A stretch of DNA of 62,788 nucleotides from Candidatus Uhrbacteria bacterium (GTDB taxonomy: Bacteria; Patescibacteriota; Patescibacteriia; UBA9934; GWF2-40-263): NCBI GenBank assembly GCA_023246355.1, contig JAHFIQ010000006.1:1-62788 (forward strand), in the 5' to 3' direction. Position 1 is the stretch's first letter. Each line of letters starts with the position of its first letter. A model generated the notes under the pieces. It ran no database searches, was not told where the DNA came from, and saw nothing but the letters and a program-made list of their open reading frames with translations. Made by a program: the position numbers and the translations under genes. This document shows, piece after piece, positions 61,382 through 62,788 of the stretch.

Positions 61382-62536
61382 CTAGCGGCTGGTCGTATCG
61401 ACGACTCGCATGGCGAACCAGCGAGCGTCCTCATCTTTCAGCGAGCCAGGAAGTTTCTCGAAGAGGGGCTGCCTTTTTTCGTAGGTCGTGATGGCTCCGA
61501 TCGCGATGCTGATGATCGTCTGGTCGTAGGCGATCTGGATCGGACCCTCGTCTGCGGTGATCGTGATGGGCCCACGGAGCTTGCGATCCATGGCCGAGAG
61601 CACGTCGCTGGTCGTGGCCTGGCCCAGATGCTTGTGCTCCCTGCGCGAACGCGGAGGCCGAGCCAGCATCACACGATCCGTGTGGTCCAGCTGCGGCTGC
61701 AGACCCATCCACTTGGTACCGAGCTGGCGTGCGAACAGGGTCCACGTCGGCCCCTCGATCGAGACAGCTTGCTCCCTCCACACCTGGGCTGCCTCATTGA
61801 ACGAGACGAAGTGTTCACAGAGGCCGCTTTCACGGATCGCGGCGAACAGCTCCTCCCAGATCGTCAGCCCGTGATGGGAGCCGACCAGTGGCGCCTCCAG
61901 ATCGAGGAAGAAGACCAGGACGTCGTCCTTGCCATCCTTCGCGACCGCGCGGATCTCGCCGAGGAGCTTGTCCAGGTTTTCCTGGCTCTTGAAGCGCTGC
62001 CACAGGAAGAACGCGTCCTGCATGGGCTTCACGCCCAGCATCGGCACCACGATCTTGTCGTGGAAGCGGATGGCCTTGTAGCCCTCGAGCTTGGAGCCGG
62101 GTTCTACGTCACCGGTCGAGCACTCCGAGTAGAGCACGGTCTGACCCGGGAGAGCGAACAGGATCTGTTCACCTTCGGGCAGGATGTCCGTACGTGGAAT
62201 GTCGAACTCGGGCGTGAAGTAGCCAGGCACGTTGCCGACCACACGACCCTCGTTCAGGAGGTACCTCGCGTGTTCGCTCAGCCTCGGGTGCTTCTCGAAG
62301 CGGGAGGGGAGGAAGTGGTTGCCAGGGGCAGAGAGCAGCTCGATCCCAGCGAACGCCTTCTCGTCGACGCCGAACATGTCCAGGTCGTCGCGTTGGAACG
62401 AGACGGAGACAGGGAATCCGGCGGTCTTCAGGACCTTGTGCCAGTCCCAGAATCCGAGGATGTACTCACGCCGCCTCTTGGCCTGGACGTTGCTATGCCG
62501 GGTATTGCCCGGTAGGTACAGATGAATCCGACTCAC
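61382..62536 (-). CDS. Divergent glycoside hydrolase family 57-like protein
   Basis: 'GYFTPEF', 'FFLDLEAPLVGSHH' and 'ATTSD' resemble GH57 conserved regions; TTGACT-17-TATTAT promoter at 62652-62624. Confidence 0.5.
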   Translation of the reverse strand: MSRIHLYLPGNTRHSNVQAKRRREYILGFWDWHKVLKTAGFPVSVSFQRDDLDMFGVDEKAFAGIELLSAPGNHFLPSRFEKHPRLSEHARYLLNEGRVVGNVPGYFTPEFDIPRTDILPEGEQILFALPGQTVLYSECSTGDVEPGSKLEGYKAIRFHDKIVVPMLGVKPMQDAFFLWQRFKSQENLDKLLGEIRAVAKDGKDDVLVFFLDLEAPLVGSHHGLTIWEELFAAIRESGLCEHFVSFNEAAQVWREQAVSIEGPTWTLFARQLGTKWMGLQPQLDHTDRVMLARPPRSRREHKHLGQATTSDVLSAMDRKLRGPITITADEGPIQIAYDQTIISIAIGAITTYEKRQPLFEKLPGSLKDEDARWFAMRVVDTTSR

Positions 62537-62788
62537 GTTGACCTCTGCCTACGGCTGTTCGTAGGCGAACGATTGATTGAGACATGCGTCCCAAGTCACC
62601 CAGGTTATTCCAGGCGACGCTTGATAATAGGTCAATTCGGCCAAAAAGTCAATGGTTTGGTTGACAACCCGAATTCTATACATATTGCCCCACCCCCTGG
62701 AATGAGCCGGATTTCCTTGAGAATATGGCTCGTATGCGTCGACTCACATTCCTTGAGAGGCAGATCATTGAATTGTTACTAGCCAGGA

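Noticed and set aside
61373..62515. 380-aa plus-strand ORF
   Set aside because: Antisense shadow of the minus-strand 384-aa gene, which has the promoter, RBS and codon bias.

Overview
Bacterial chromosomal window, most likely from a Patescibacteria/CPR (Parcubacteria-like) genome. That assignment is an inference from the tightly packed housekeeping genes with few Shine-Dalgarno sites, the split dcw cluster, pilM/pilin/pilD and a VirB4/TraG-like ATPase. Most of the window is housekeeping: ftsEX, murI, a copper locus with copA, uvrB/uvrA/uvrC, mraZ-rsmH-ftsL, cysS, dnaX, dusB, lepA, recJ, rnhA, ligA, gatCA, lgt, dnaG-rpoD and four tRNAs. The standout is at 37.04-38.81 kb. Two non-coding arrays of about 480-500 nt, each with its own sigma70-type promoter and near-identical intrinsic terminators, flank a 179-aa gene of unknown function. 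Together they hold 17 hairpin units with recurring stems and a near-invariant 10x10-nt internal loop whose sequence is hypervariable (stem-G-N10-T-GTC-loop-GAC-G-N10-T-stem). This looks like a multiplexed bipartite guide-RNA array, similar in architecture to TIGR arrays or bridge-RNA loops, but no Cas, Nop-domain or IS110 protein is recognisable in the window. Secondary observations: serial structured insertions with duplicated target sequence at the 5' ends of both tRNA-Gln genes; a synonymously recoded duplicate of the rpoD 3' end flanking an inserted gene; several repeat families translated in-frame inside conserved enzymes; a set of self-contained high-GC ORFan cassettes; and a probably frameshifted GIY-YIG gene. 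All calls were made by eye with no database searches.
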